Shown: positions 24,471 to 36,139 of the stretch, piece by piece
How positions within the stretch are numbered: the stretch's first letter is position 1
Layout of the letters: every line of letters begins with the position of its first letter
Made by a program: the position numbers and the translations under genes
Assembly: GCA_043228905.1 (NCBI GenBank)
Contig: JBHGNT010000002.1
Coordinates: forward strand, 24,676,001 to 24,740,000
DNA length: 64,000 nucleotides
DNA from: Azolla caroliniana
Taxonomy: Eukaryota > Plantae > Polypodiophyta
Reading direction: 5' to 3'
Notes under the pieces: model-generated
The model's input: only the letters and a program-made list of their open reading frames with translations
What the model was told of the DNA's origin: nothing
Databases searched by the model: none

Positions 24471-27400
24471 TCACTTTCCTTTTCTCCCCCTCAAGTGCGG
24501 CACGTTGAGATGCTGAACACCAAGCATTTCGGTGAAGTGTTGCAACTTCTCTGATCCGAGCGGTTTGGTGAAGATATCGACAATTTGCCGATCCGTCTGA
24601 ACATACCGAAGTTCTACTTCACCGCTCAAAACCTACTCACGCACGAATTGATAGTGGACTTCTATGTGCTTCGTCCGAGCATGGAACACGGGGTTCTTGG
24701 CGAGCTAAATGTTGCTCATGTTGTCACAGTAGATCAGGATCGGGGTCAGTACCTCAATCCGTAGGTCTCGCAGCTATCGCCGAAGCCAGATGGCTTCACA
24801 GGTGGCATTGGTAGCACCCCGGTATTCAGCCTCAGTGCTCGACAGAGCCATTGTTGGCTGCTATTTGCTGCTCCATGCAACAACCGCGCTACCCAGAGAA
24901 AACATGTAACCAGAGGTGGATCGGCAATCTGATGCATCACCAGCCCAGTCGGCATCAGTATATCCGACTAGCTTCCCGGCTATATCATGTCGGTATAACA
25001 GTTCTCGGTCCTTTGTGCTGCTCACATACTGGAGTATCCGGTGTGCACACTGAAGGTGCTCGACGGGCAGCTTTTGCATGAACTGGCTGATCACTCCGAC
25101 CGGGTAACTGAGGTCGGGTCGAGTGATTTTCAAGTATATTAGGCTTCTGACGATTTGTCGGAACCGTTTCTCATCGCAAGCCGGGCCGGAGTTGGGACAG
25201 AGCTTTTGGTTTTGGTCCAAGGGTGTGGAGACAGGTCGACACTTTGTCATACCGAACTTGTACAACATATTCAACACATAGTGTCATTATGAGAGCAATA
25301 TGCCGTCGGGGGTTTGGATCACCTCGATCCCAAGAAAATAATGAAGGTCCCCCAAGTTCTTCATTTCAAATGCGTCCGACAGTTGGGACTTGGCTGATTT
25401 CATTGAGTCCGGCTCCGGTGATGACTAAATCATCAACATAAAGTAGGATGCAAACCAGACCAGATGAACAACAACGAATTGGATTTAGAGGTCACAAACC
25501 CCATCTTACGCAACCGGTGTGTGATCTTCGCATTCCAAGCTCGGGGGGCTTGTTTCAGACCATAAAGCAAGTTCTTGAGCCGGCACACCACCGACTTGTT
25601 CATCTCCGACTGAAAATCGGGAGGTTGGATCATATAGACCCGTTCTTCAAGGTCACCTTGAAGAAACACATTCTTCACATCCATTTGGTGAAGATGCCAC
25701 CCCCTTGCCGCAACAACCGCCAGTACCACATGAATCGTTGTCATCTTCGTTACCGGGGTGAAGGTCTCGTCATAATTGATTCCTTGGGTTTGTGCGTATC
25801 CTTTCGCCACTAACCGGGCCTTGTACCGGTGAACCGAACTATCAACATTGTACTTTACCTTGTACACCCATTTGCAACCGATTGGTTTACAGTGTCATGG
25901 AGGGTCAACGAGGTCCCATGTGTCGTTGGCATCTAGTGCCCACATTTCTTCCTCCATAGCGGCACGCCAATTTGCGTCCTTTGTCGCTTCTGCGTAGCTC
26001 TTCGGCTCACGCACTTCCGCCACCTTAGTCATGAACGCATAATGATGCGCCATGTACTCATTGTACCCGTACCATGTAACGAGGTTCTTCAGGCGGGAAG
26101 ACCGACGTAACTTGGTATTACCCGGTTTGGGGCCCTTCTTGGCCAGGTCGGACTTCATTCCCGAAGATCCGCCTTCATCCTTTCAAGAGTCGGATTCGCT
26201 CCGATCCGACTCAATGTTGCCGGTTTCGTATTCCGGCATCTTCTTCTTCCCCGTCTCTTTGCGTGTGAACCGTCTCCTCGATTCCTTGCGCGGGGAGAGC
26301 ACGGTTCCTCATCCGACTGGTCATCCCGACTTAGCAGCTCATTCGGTCCACTTAGCCGGAATGAGATCAGACTGTCTTCTAGAGTGCCGAAGTCTTCATC
26401 TTCTACCTGGACTTCCTCGGGCTCACTAGCCTCATCTTCCGGAATTGGGTCTTCGTCGGGAGTTGGAGTCAGTAAGGAGTACTATGATGCCGTTGCATCA
26501 AACTCGACATCTCGGCTTACTCGGACCTGCTTAGTCCGGGGGTTATAACACTTATACCCCTTTTGCTCATGCGAGTAACCGACTAGAATGCTCTTCTCTG
26601 ACTTCGGATCCAGCTTCCTCCACTTCTCATCTGGTACATGCACATATGCTATGCTACCGAATATCCGAAGGTGTCTCAAATTCGGCTTTCGCCCGAAATA
26701 CAGCTCATGTGTTGACACCTTGTCACCGATCCGGTTTTGGATGTAGATGGTCGTCCGGACCGCCTTAGCCTAGTAGAAATGGGGCATGCTCTTCTCCTCC
26801 AGCATTGCCCTTGCCGCGTCGACAATCGACCGGTTCTTCCTTTCGGCCACACCGTTTTGCTCCGGTGTGTACCTGCAGTTGAATTCTCTCCGAATTCCGT
26901 TCTACTGCAGATAATTGTTGAATTGGCCGTAAAAGTATTCTTTCCCGCCATCCGACCGCAGGCACATGATCTCTTCCTCTCCGTTTCCCATTCAACCAAG
27001 CTTTGAAGGTTCCGGAAACACTCGAAGACTTCGCTCTTCCTCTCGATGAGGTAGATCCACGTGTGCCGATTGTAGTCGTCGATGAAGGAGACGAAATACC
27101 GACTCCCGCCAAGACTAACGTTTTGTGCTGGTCCCCATACATCCGAATGTATTAAATCGAGCTTGTTATGGCTCCGGTTTCGATCGGTGGGAAATGGAAG
27201 CCGGTGTTGCTTCCCGAGTTGGCAGGCTTCACAAATTTCGGCCTTCCGAACGCTAAATTTCGGCAAACCGAAAATGACTTGTTTCGATTGCAAGTCTTGA
27301 AGCCTCTTATAATTGACATGGCTGATCCGCTTGTGCCACAGGTCGATGTCCGATTTGACCTTCTGACCTTTCGCAAACATAGCGGTGCCGACATCATTAA

Positions 27401-27874
27401 TGTTGAGGATGAACATTCTCCCGTCTCTACGCCCTTGCACAATTATCCGACCCTCTTCCTCGATGAAGCACCCTAGGTGTGTAAACCGCACCTGCATCCC
27501 TTGGTCGACAATTTATCCAACTGATACCGGGTTCTTTGTGATAGTCGGAACGTGTAGTACGTTCATCAGCTTCCCCTTTTGTCCAACATGGCATAAATGG
27601 ACTTCTCCAACATGCACAATCGGGTGAGGGGTGTCGTCTCCGGTTTCGACAATCCCCGGTTGTTTCGGTTTCTCCAAAAAAGAGAACCACTCTTCATGGC
27701 TTGTCATGTGGTTGGACACTCCGGAATCAACGTACCATACTTCCTCCGATCCAGAAGTAGTCTTCTTCATCGAGTTAGCCTTGTGCTTCATCACGAAGGC
27801 TGGTCCTTTACCAGTTTTCCCGGTTTCGGATCCTTCTGATCCTTCCGCGTAGTGCGAGCTTTGTCGGTTCTCCC
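24471..27874 (-). pseudogene. Copia B pol (PR, IN, RT, RNase H), broken into several ORFs
   Basis: WYVDSGVSNHMT, LWHKRISH, LIHSDVWGP, YKARLVAKGY, HQMDVKN, GYTDADWAGD, DIFTKPL. Confidence 0.95.
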
Positions 27875-27954
27875 TGTTGGGAGACAGGTCCCTCCGGATG
27901 GGGAGGGAGAAGAACAGTGCCGACGAACAAACTCGGCCGAGGCCGAAACGGTAT

Positions 27955-28170
27955 GAGGAGTACCCGGCTATGGAGAGCTGGATGGTGCAGGCCTGGTACG
28001 AACCGGATGAGGAGTACCCAGCTACGGAGAGCCGGATGGTGCAGGCCCGGTACGAACCGGATGAGGAGTACCCGGCTACGGAGAGCCGGATGGTGCAGGC
28101 CCGGTACGAACCGGATGAGGAGTACCCGGCTACGGAGAGCCGGATGGTGCAGACCCGGTATGAACCGGAG
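27955..28170 (+). repeat. 54-bp tandem repeat, 4 copies, in U3 of the C 5' LTR (about 2 copies in the 3' LTR)
   Basis: Unit gaggagtacccggctacggagagccggatggtgcaggcccggtacgaaccggat; it explains the repetitive ORF-track peptides here. Confidence 0.95.
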
Positions 28171-28532
28171 GAAGAGACATATTCGTAAATATGTTTCTGA
28201 GAGCCCATCGTGGCTATATTTGTAAATAGCCGAAAAGTCATATTAGTATAAATATGATTTAGGGCAAACTTTTAGTAGGTTGTTGTTATTTTTTTTTTCT
28301 CTTGTTGGTGCAAGAAGAAGAGAGAGTGCGTAACTGTACAGAGAGAGAGAGAGACGAGGTCGTTGCCTCTGTTATAACCGCCGCCTGTGGCGAAGATCGT
28401 GAGCACAAGGTTGTTGCCTCCGCGAACTCACTGTTTTGTACATTCTTACATAGTGACAGTTGTGGCCGAGCGTTGCGCATAAGGAACGTTGGATTTCCGT
28501 CAAGTGGTATCAAAGCGAAATCGACACAGAAA

Positions 28533-29324
28533 ATGGACGAATCATTTGGCGGCATGTTCAAGCTCACCGGCTCCAACTATTCAGTATGGAAGTCGAAGAT
28601 GAGGGACATGCTCGTTGTTAAAGACCTCTGGCTACCGGTTCAGTTCGGGGACAAGAGACCGAACAAAATCGACGCCGCGATATGGGAGGTGATGCACATG
28701 AAGACAACGGCGTACATACGGTGCTTCATCGACATGAGCCTGTACAACAACTTCAATGAAGAGAGCAAGGCTCATGAGCTCTGGGAGAAGATCGGCATAA
28801 TGTTCCAAAACAAAAATGCTGTTAACCAGGTTTCGGTATCATGGAAGCTAGTAAGACTCCGGTACCAAGATGGCTCCAGCATGGCGGAGCATATGAATGC
28901 CTTCCAGGGGCTGATACACCAGGCAACGTCGTTGGAAGTACCTCTTGCCGATGAGGTACTAGCGCTACTCCTGCTTGGTTCCCTCCCGGATAGTTGGGAG
29001 ACGTTGGTTGTCACTTTGGGCAACGCCGGGCCGGAAGGAAAACGGTTATCCCTAGCAAGAGTAAAGTCGAGCTTGCTAGATGAGGAGGCGCGTCGGAAAG
29101 ACAAAGGTATGAGCTCCGACTCCAAAGCGCTCCTTACCGAATCGGAACGCGGAAGACATAGAAACCGTAGTCCCCAGAACCGGGAGAAGTCGGGGACACG
29201 ATCAAAGTCAAGGGGTAGGCCTACTTGCTTCTATTGCGGCAAGCCGGGTCACTTCCAAAAGAACTGTCAGCATTTCCGTAAAGACAAGGAAATCGACGGT
29301 ACCGATTCAAAGCAAACCCCTTGA
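28533..29324 (+). CDS. Copia C Gag (capsid plus CCHC knuckle), ending at an internal deletion
   Basis: MDESFGGMFKLTGSNYSVWKSKM...LLGSLPDSW...CFYCGKPGHFQKNC; integrase sequence (DVC*VDTKSHAGAQYF) follows directly with no protease. Confidence 0.9.
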   Translation: MDESFGGMFKLTGSNYSVWKSKMRDMLVVKDLWLPVQFGDKRPNKIDAAIWEVMHMKTTAYIRCFIDMSLYNNFNEESKAHELWEKIGIMFQNKNAVNQVSVSWKLVRLRYQDGSSMAEHMNAFQGLIHQATSLEVPLADEVLALLLLGSLPDSWETLVVTLGNAGPEGKRLSLARVKSSLLDEEARRKDKGMSSDSKALLTESERGRHRNRSPQNREKSGTRSKSRGRPTCFYCGKPGHFQKNCQHFRKDKEIDGTDSKQTP

Positions 29325-29828
29325 TGTGTGTTAAGTAGACACGAAGTCACATGCCGGAGCGCAGTACTTCGTGACGTTCATAGATGACCACAGCCGGAAG
29401 CTGTGGGCCACACCGTTGAAGACAAAGGATCAGGTGTTATCCGTCTTCAAAGAGCTCCACGCGAGAGTGGAAAGAGAAACCGGCCGGAAGCTGAAGGCGG
29501 TTCGAGCAGATAACGGAGGAGAGTACCGGGGGCAGTTCGAGGAGTACTACCGTTCGAAGGGAATCCGGCTTGAATTTACCGTGCCGAAGACGCTGGAACT
29601 AAACGGACTGGCCGAGAGGATGAACCAGACCATAATGGAGAGGGTCCGGAGTATGCTAGCGCATGCAAAACTACACAAGAAGTTTTGGGCTGAGGCACTG
29701 TTGATGGCGACATACGTGATAAATAGATCACCCTCAGTACCCTTGGACGGAGACACGCCACAGAGAGTGTGGACTGGTAAGGAAGTATCCTACCGGCATC
29801 TGAAGGTGTTCGGGTGTCTCGCGTACGT
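29323..29828 (+). pseudogene. Copia C integrase core, interrupted by Gypsy D
   Basis: TFIDDHSRK, RADNGGEY, NGLAERMN, HLKVFGCLAYV; continues as HVAKDRRGKLD after 36771. Confidence 0.93.
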
Positions 29829-30526
29829 TGTCGAGGTATTCCTTGCGGATGCGTGGAACGAGGCGGGACCTCGGGGGTCTTGTACCGAAGAGCAAGAGAG
29901 AAAAGGAGAGGGGAAGAGACCCACAAGGTGCGAACGTAGATTCACAGGGACACGACCCTTCGACACAGAGACGCGAGTGCGACAGCGACACAGAGAGACA
30001 CGAATGTATGTAAAATTATATAAACAAGACAAACAACAAGAAGCACGAAGTCGGTTACAACCGAACAGGCCGGCGAACAGATGCCGATGCCTGTTCGTAA
30101 ACGCACAGAAAGGAAAGAGTAGGTTGGAGGTGCTGCCGGAAGCACTCGAGCATTCCTCAGAGCAACGCGAGCCTCCCGAAACCTACACAGAAAGGAGCTA
30201 CAGAGTATGGAAGAGAGAGAAGCCTTCGGCCCGCAATCCGACAGCACTTCGTCCTCTCTATCCGCGATCCTTTCGCCGCTCCTCGTCTCCCTCCTTTTAT
30301 AGGCAAGGAAGGAGCCGTTTCCCCTTTACTTCCTACCTACCGAATCTACCTGCCTAGGATCTCCTATGTACAACATAAGGCGCACGTGCATGAAGAGCCG
30401 GTTCTTATGCTCCGGCGCACTGATTCCGCTTGTGGACGGTTTTCTTCACGACATCTGCCCCCACCTAACCGCGCATCCACCGGCATGCGCCAAATTGAGT
30501 TGGGACGGAGAAAACCGGTCCAGCCT

Positions 30527-33500
30527 TCAATCCCCGCCCGTCGGTTCTTCCTCGGTTTCGGAACGTTCGTCGTTCCGGTCCAGGTTAACCGGATCCGGCT
30601 CGTCGTTGTGACGCTTCTTGAACGCTTTGATCCGCTTCCCAGCTACCGATATCGCCATTCTCGTGCCGTCGAGTTCCGCCAGATGGTACGTCCCGTTGTC
30701 GTTGGCGCTTTGTACCACGTAAGGCCCGAACCACCTTCTTGCGAACTTCCATGTTGCTCGGTGCTGGTTGTCGAGGCTGATGTCATAGACTAGCACCCAG
30801 TCGCCTTCCTCGATTTTCTTCGGTCGGAGCTGGTGCGTTCGGTCGAACCGGGCTTTGTTCCTTATCCTTGCTTCCCGAAGCTTTCCCGCAGCTTGCTCTA
30901 CGTCCTCTGGTCTTCGCTCGAGCTGCCGTATGCGCGCCGCCAACAGTTCCTCCCGGCTCATCTCGTCTCTCCAGTCCACGGTTGCGCATGAGGAGATCGT
31001 ACGTTCCATCGGCATGATCGGCTTCTGCCCAAACATGAGCTCTGCCGGCATGAATCCGGTTACCGAACTGTGCGTAGTTCGGTCCGCCCACAACGCGTAA
31101 GGCAACAGCCGCGGCCAGTTCCCGACTTGACCTCCGCATGCCCGAACTAACGCCTTGACGATCGGTCCGTGTCCGCGTTCCACCTTCCCATTCGCCTCCG
31201 GATTGTACGCAGTGGTAAGCGAGAGCTTGACTCCTAGCCGGTCGAACAGCTCCTCGGCCTCTTCGGCATCCAACTCCCCGCGATCAGCCACGATCTTCCC
31301 GACGCACCCGTACCGGCATATCACGTCCTCAATCAGGAACTGACATACGGCCGCGGTCGTTTTGTTCTGAAGGGCTCGACCTTCCACCTGGTTCGTCAGA
31401 TCTTCCCGAGCCAGGACCAGATACCGCATCTGTCCTACTCCCATCGGCATCGTCACCAGGTCTACCATCCATTTGAAGTGGATGGTCGGAGGGTACGTAG
31501 GGTGAAGCTCGTCCCGGTGTCGGACTATGGAGTGCATCTGACAGCTCTCGCAAGTTGTCACGAACCGACGCACGTCCCGGTACAGTCCCGACCACCAGTA
31601 CGTCCCCTTTATCTTCTCGAACGTGGCCCACGTTCCACGGTGTCCGGCCCAAGGGCTGTCGTGGTAGGCCGTCAGCAGCTCCTCCTGTTCTTCCTTCATC
31701 ACCACCACCCGGAGCGGGACGCCGTTCCTCTTCTTCGGGTGCTTCCATAAGTATCCGTCCCGGAGAAAGAATTGGTAAGCTTTCTTCCGGATCCGATTGG
31801 CCTCGTCCTTCGTCCATGAAGCATCCGGCGTCATTGTCCTAAAAAATCCACCGATCTGGAGCCACTCGCCGTCGTACTTGCTCTCGTCGAAGTCGTTAAG
31901 TGCCGGAGTGCTCGTCCCATCGGTCGTCACGTACGCCGCCTCGAAGAAGTCCACGCCGACTTCTTCGTCCTCCGAAACCATGCCGCCCTCGTCATCAAAC
32001 CTCGCCCTCGAAAGCATGTCGGCCATGGCGTTGTCCTTTCCGGAAATGTGCCGTATTTCCGGGTCCAGGGACTTGATGTACGCTATCCACCTGAGCATTG
32101 CCAGGTCCGGTGTCGCGCATCCGGAAACCATGCCGAGAATTGGCAGGCAATCCGTCTCGATAACTACTTCTGTCCCGATCAGGTAGTCCTTGTCGGCCTT
32201 TACTGCCGAAACGATACCCCAGAGTTCGCGCTTAACCTGGGCGTACCCTCGTTGTCGCTCACTGAGGACCTTCGCGCCGAATCGGATCGGGAACCGAATG
32301 CCGTCCTTGTCTTCTTGGTTGACGACCCATCCGATCCCGGTCGGGCTCGTATCCACCGTTATGTATACTGGGGTACCCTTCTCGTAGACAGCCTTCCGGA
32401 GCGCCGGTGCTGCCGCAAGAGCTTCCTTCAGCTTCCGGACCGACTCCGTGTGCTCGTCTCGCCACTCGAATTTCCGCCCCTTCTTCAGCAACCCATATAG
32501 CGGCTCCGCAACGTGGGCGTAATGCGGGATCCATATGTGGTAGAATGCGCATGCCCCCAAGAACCTCCGAACTTCCGTAACCGAGCTACAGTCAGTCTTC
32601 ATCGCGGAGATGGCTTCTACTTTTGCCGGAGACGGCTTCTGGCCATACGGTCCACATAGGTGTCCGACCACCAGGATTTTTGATTGCCCGAAGGCCGATT
32701 TCTCCCCGGAGAAGGTGAGCCTCGCATCCTCTAGCCTTTGTAGCACCTTCTCGCAGTCGTCGATGTGTGCTGCCACGAATCGCCGGCATCCATCCGGTCC
32801 GAGTGTTGCGTCCTTCTCTCCCACCGGGCACCCCTTGATCGGGATGTCGTTTAGAAATGGCATGGTGATGTCCGGAATGCAATCCCTCAGTACCTTGTTC
32901 ATTGCATTCACCATGTGGGCCACCGAGTTGGTCCCTCCTTGTGGCAGGGTACACATTCGCACTAGGCCGAGGGGAGTTCGCATCGTCGTAATGTCTCTGC
33001 TCTCCAACGCTAGCTGGAACTGGTCGTACCCCGAGTATAGATCACCGACCGAGTAAATCGACCTTCCGGCGAAGGCCTCCGCGAACTTGTCTACGGTCGG
33101 TCTGATTCCTGCGTTCCGAATGGTCACTCTGTTGACCGGCTGCAGGTCTTGAATGAAGCACATCTTTCCGTTTTTCTTTGGTACGGTAAACCATCGGTTC
33201 GAGTATGGGGCACTCGACGGTTCGAGAATGCCCATATCTACTTTCTGCCTCAATAGCTCCATCAACTTCGGGATGTGAGCTCTCGGTACCGGAATCGGCT
33301 TGAGATTCCACGGCACATGCAGTACCGTGAATATCACCATCGGCTCCACGATCGTCAGGTCTACGCACCCGATCTCTTCCGGTGAGAATGCGAAGGCTTT
33401 CCCGTGCCTTCCGAGCATTCTCCGAAACCGGTCTTCCTCCGCCGGCAGTAGGAACCCGCCCCCACCGATCTTGAGCTCCCGGAGCGTCCCGTTGGTGAAG

Positions 33501-33886
33501 GTGTGTCCTATGCAGACCAGATCTCATAAATTGGGGTCCGACGCCACCCCTCTGATTCGGGACTCGTTGCCCTCCGGTAAGGGTGCCGCGACCGGCCTTA
33601 CCTTCCGGTCCACAGTCTTGTACTTCGTGCTAACTCGGGCCATCCGATCCGACTCGAGCCCCTGACTGAAGTCCGCGATGACTTCGTACATCTCTTCGGA
33701 ACATACCGATATCGTCTGGTCTTCGTTAAGGTCTTCTCCGGCTACCTTCCTCAGCATCCCCAAGGTGTCGTCGAAGGAGACCGCCTCCACGGCTCCGCTG
33801 ATTTCCTCGTCCGGGCCGAGAACTCCGCACGCTCGAAGTTGCTCCTCCGCCCTTGCCCTTTCTCGGCCAACGATGCCGACTATCAT
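30527..33886 (-). pseudogene. Gypsy D pol (RT, RNase H, integrase); in-frame TGA at 33524-33526 and RT catalytic motif reading FLND
   Basis: DLYSGYDQ, LPQGGTNS, PFLNDIPIKG, VDTSPTGIG, ADMLSR, H..GHRG..CESC, VDLV, ADRG, NGKVERGH. ORFs 33524-33886 and 30527-33418 are in the same frame. Confidence 0.93.
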
Positions 33887-34085
33887 ACATCCTCCGTCGT
33901 CGGAGAAGCAAATATTCCTGCCTATCGTACAAGGTTTCTTCGGTTTCGGTTCTATCGTACAGCTGTGGGGTCTTTCCCGAGTGTCCGGACAGTCTCGGCC
34001 CCACGCCTTGGCAGCCCTCTCTCAAAATCCTCCCGGTTCTCGCCACCGAGGGATTCGCGGTTTTGCTCGTGGTTCGGTCGCACCG

Positions 34086-36099
34086 TCAGAAATTGGACCG
34101 AATGGCGCCCGTCCTGGCTTTTGACCCTCGCGTAGGCTGAACCGTTGTCCGCGCCGCCGTGATGTATGGTTCCCCTAATATGACCGGGTGCGAGGACGTC
34201 TCCTGTACGAAGAAGTGCCGGTCAATCTCGACGTCGCCGATCTTGACTTGCACGTTCGGGCAGGCCCCATGCAGTTCCTCGGTGGCGCGCGTCGCCGCCC
34301 GTATCTTCCACCCGTGCTTGGTGTTGATCGGCCATTTTCCCTTCTTATAGAAGTCCATGGACATCAGGTTTATTTCCGAACCGTGGTCCACCAGTGCCAC
34401 CACCGGTTCCTGAACATCTCCGATCTTTACCGGGGTCTCCGTGGTCGCTCGGGCCCAGTGTGGCCTCGAATAGTGGCTCTCCGCCCACTCATCTTCCAGC
34501 GCCATGTCGTCGATGTGCGTCGTCCGCACCTCCACCGGTCTTTCCAGTTCCGTCTCCGTCGAGAGCCTCTTTCGTTTCACCAAGTCCACAATGGAGTCGT
34601 GGAACTCCTTCTTGGCGATCCCTAGCACCTCCTGCAATGACAGCTCCACTTTGCTGTCGAGGATCCATTCTTCTAGGACCTTTCGTAGGTCCGTAGTCCT
34701 TTCTATTTCCGTCCCCAGTCGGTATCCGCCCTTCCTGGGGTTATCTTGTGAGCTGGGCCCACTGGCATCGTTCCGTCGTTGCCCGAATCGGGTCTCGTAC
34801 CGTTGTGAGGGCCCGGCCGCTCCGGCTTTCCCCACTCGTTTGTCTTCTACCAGAGCCTCGTAGTTCCGGCAGGCGGCTTCTACGAAGCCCGTCTTCTCCT
34901 CGACCGGGTCGCTCCACCCGGTTACTTCCCGGACCCGTCTCTCGGCGCGGTCCGCTTCGTCTTTCCTCAACCGTGCGCCGGCGAGGCCTTCCAGCATTGC
35001 CGACCAGAATCCGTCTTTGCTCTCCTTTCGGGCCTTGCTGTCCCCGACCCGAATGCCGGCGTCGGGCCGTTGCCTCTTCCATCAGTCTCTTCATACCTCC
35101 TCGCCCGTCGTTTCGGTTTAGGGCCCTTCTGGTGTCGCCGACGTGCACCCGGCCTTCCCACAGGTACACCACCCGGTTCCTCAACGCCTCTGCGAAATCG
35201 CCGCAGTCCTTCTGAATGTGGCCGACCTCGTCGCACCACATGCACATGTTCCCTGCTGCCAGCCATCGGTCACGAGCCGGTTCGCCGCCTTCCCTTCGAG
35301 TTTGGGCGATCTGGAGATCCTTTATCGCCCGCGTCAACTCCTCCAGCGTTGCTCCTCCGGACGAGCCATTGACCATGCCGGTCAAAGCCGGACCGGTTTC
35401 GAGCCATTCCAAGGTTTCTTCCCTTTGCCCTTGCGGTGCCGGTTCAAGCCTCCTTGCTGTGACAGAGCCCGCACCGGCCGCCCCGTTGTCAGCCCATTCC
35501 CGCCGTTTGTCGAAACAGCCACAGACTCTCTTAAACGCAGCCCAATCGGTCGTCAGCCCGTCTTCGGTTTCCAGCAAGGAGCCGACTTGATCCCGGTCCT
35601 GCTCGTCCACCGACTTGACGAACAGTAGGACCCGACTCGTATCCAGAACGGTTCGGTCAAGCGCCGAAAGGCGCGCAAAGCGTTCTTCGAACTCCCGGAG
35701 GAGTGCCGATGCGTTTCTTCCCTTGCCGGGGGACTCCACCCATTCCATGAAGTCTCGTTTCGAAAGCCGGAGCGCGTTGTCCAGCCCGTATTTTTCTAGG
35801 AGTCGGCCTTCGAACTCCTCCCAGGTACGGCTCTCCACCCGCACCTCGAGCACCTCCGCATGGATGCTCGGCATCGCCACTCGAGGAAACCCGGCAAGAC
35901 GCCTCTCTTCCGGAATGTCCCGCATCAGCATTTCTGCCCTGTAGGATGCCAAATACTTCGTGGCATCCTTTCCGCTGTACCGGCCGATCGTACTGACGAC
36001 TGCCTCAATGGCTTTGTCGAGGGCGCCGGTGCCCTCGCGTGTACTCAATATCCGATCCACGGCCGAAGCCATGGCCTCTGCAAGATCCGACCCCTTCAT
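34086..36099 (-). pseudogene. Gypsy D gag and aspartic protease (frameshifted)
   Basis: CMWCDEVGHIQKDC knuckle; ALVDHGSEIN and VILGEP protease motifs; first ATG after the PBS at 36099. Confidence 0.88.
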
Positions 36100-36121
36100 C
36101 TTCTGCTCTTCTGCCGCCTCC

Positions 36122-36139
36122 TTCACGTCGGGTTCACCA
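36122..36139 (-). promoter_or_regulatory. Primer-binding site of Gypsy D complementary to tRNA-Trp
   Basis: The + strand reads ttcacgtcgggttcacca, matching the 3'-terminal 18 nt (including CCA) of plant cytosolic tRNA-Trp as I recall it; it lies 3 nt from the LTR edge. Confidence 0.85.

Noticed and set aside
27877-28241. Repetitive peptides (EEYPATESRMVQARYEPD)n and (GYSSSGSYRACTIRLSVA)n
   Set aside because: These are read-outs of the 54-bp LTR tandem repeat, whose length is a multiple of three; the related LTRs use 40- and 28-bp units that break frame.
36122-36139. tRNA-Trp gene
   Set aside because: Only the 3'-terminal 18 nt including CCA are present, next to an LTR, so it is a PBS.
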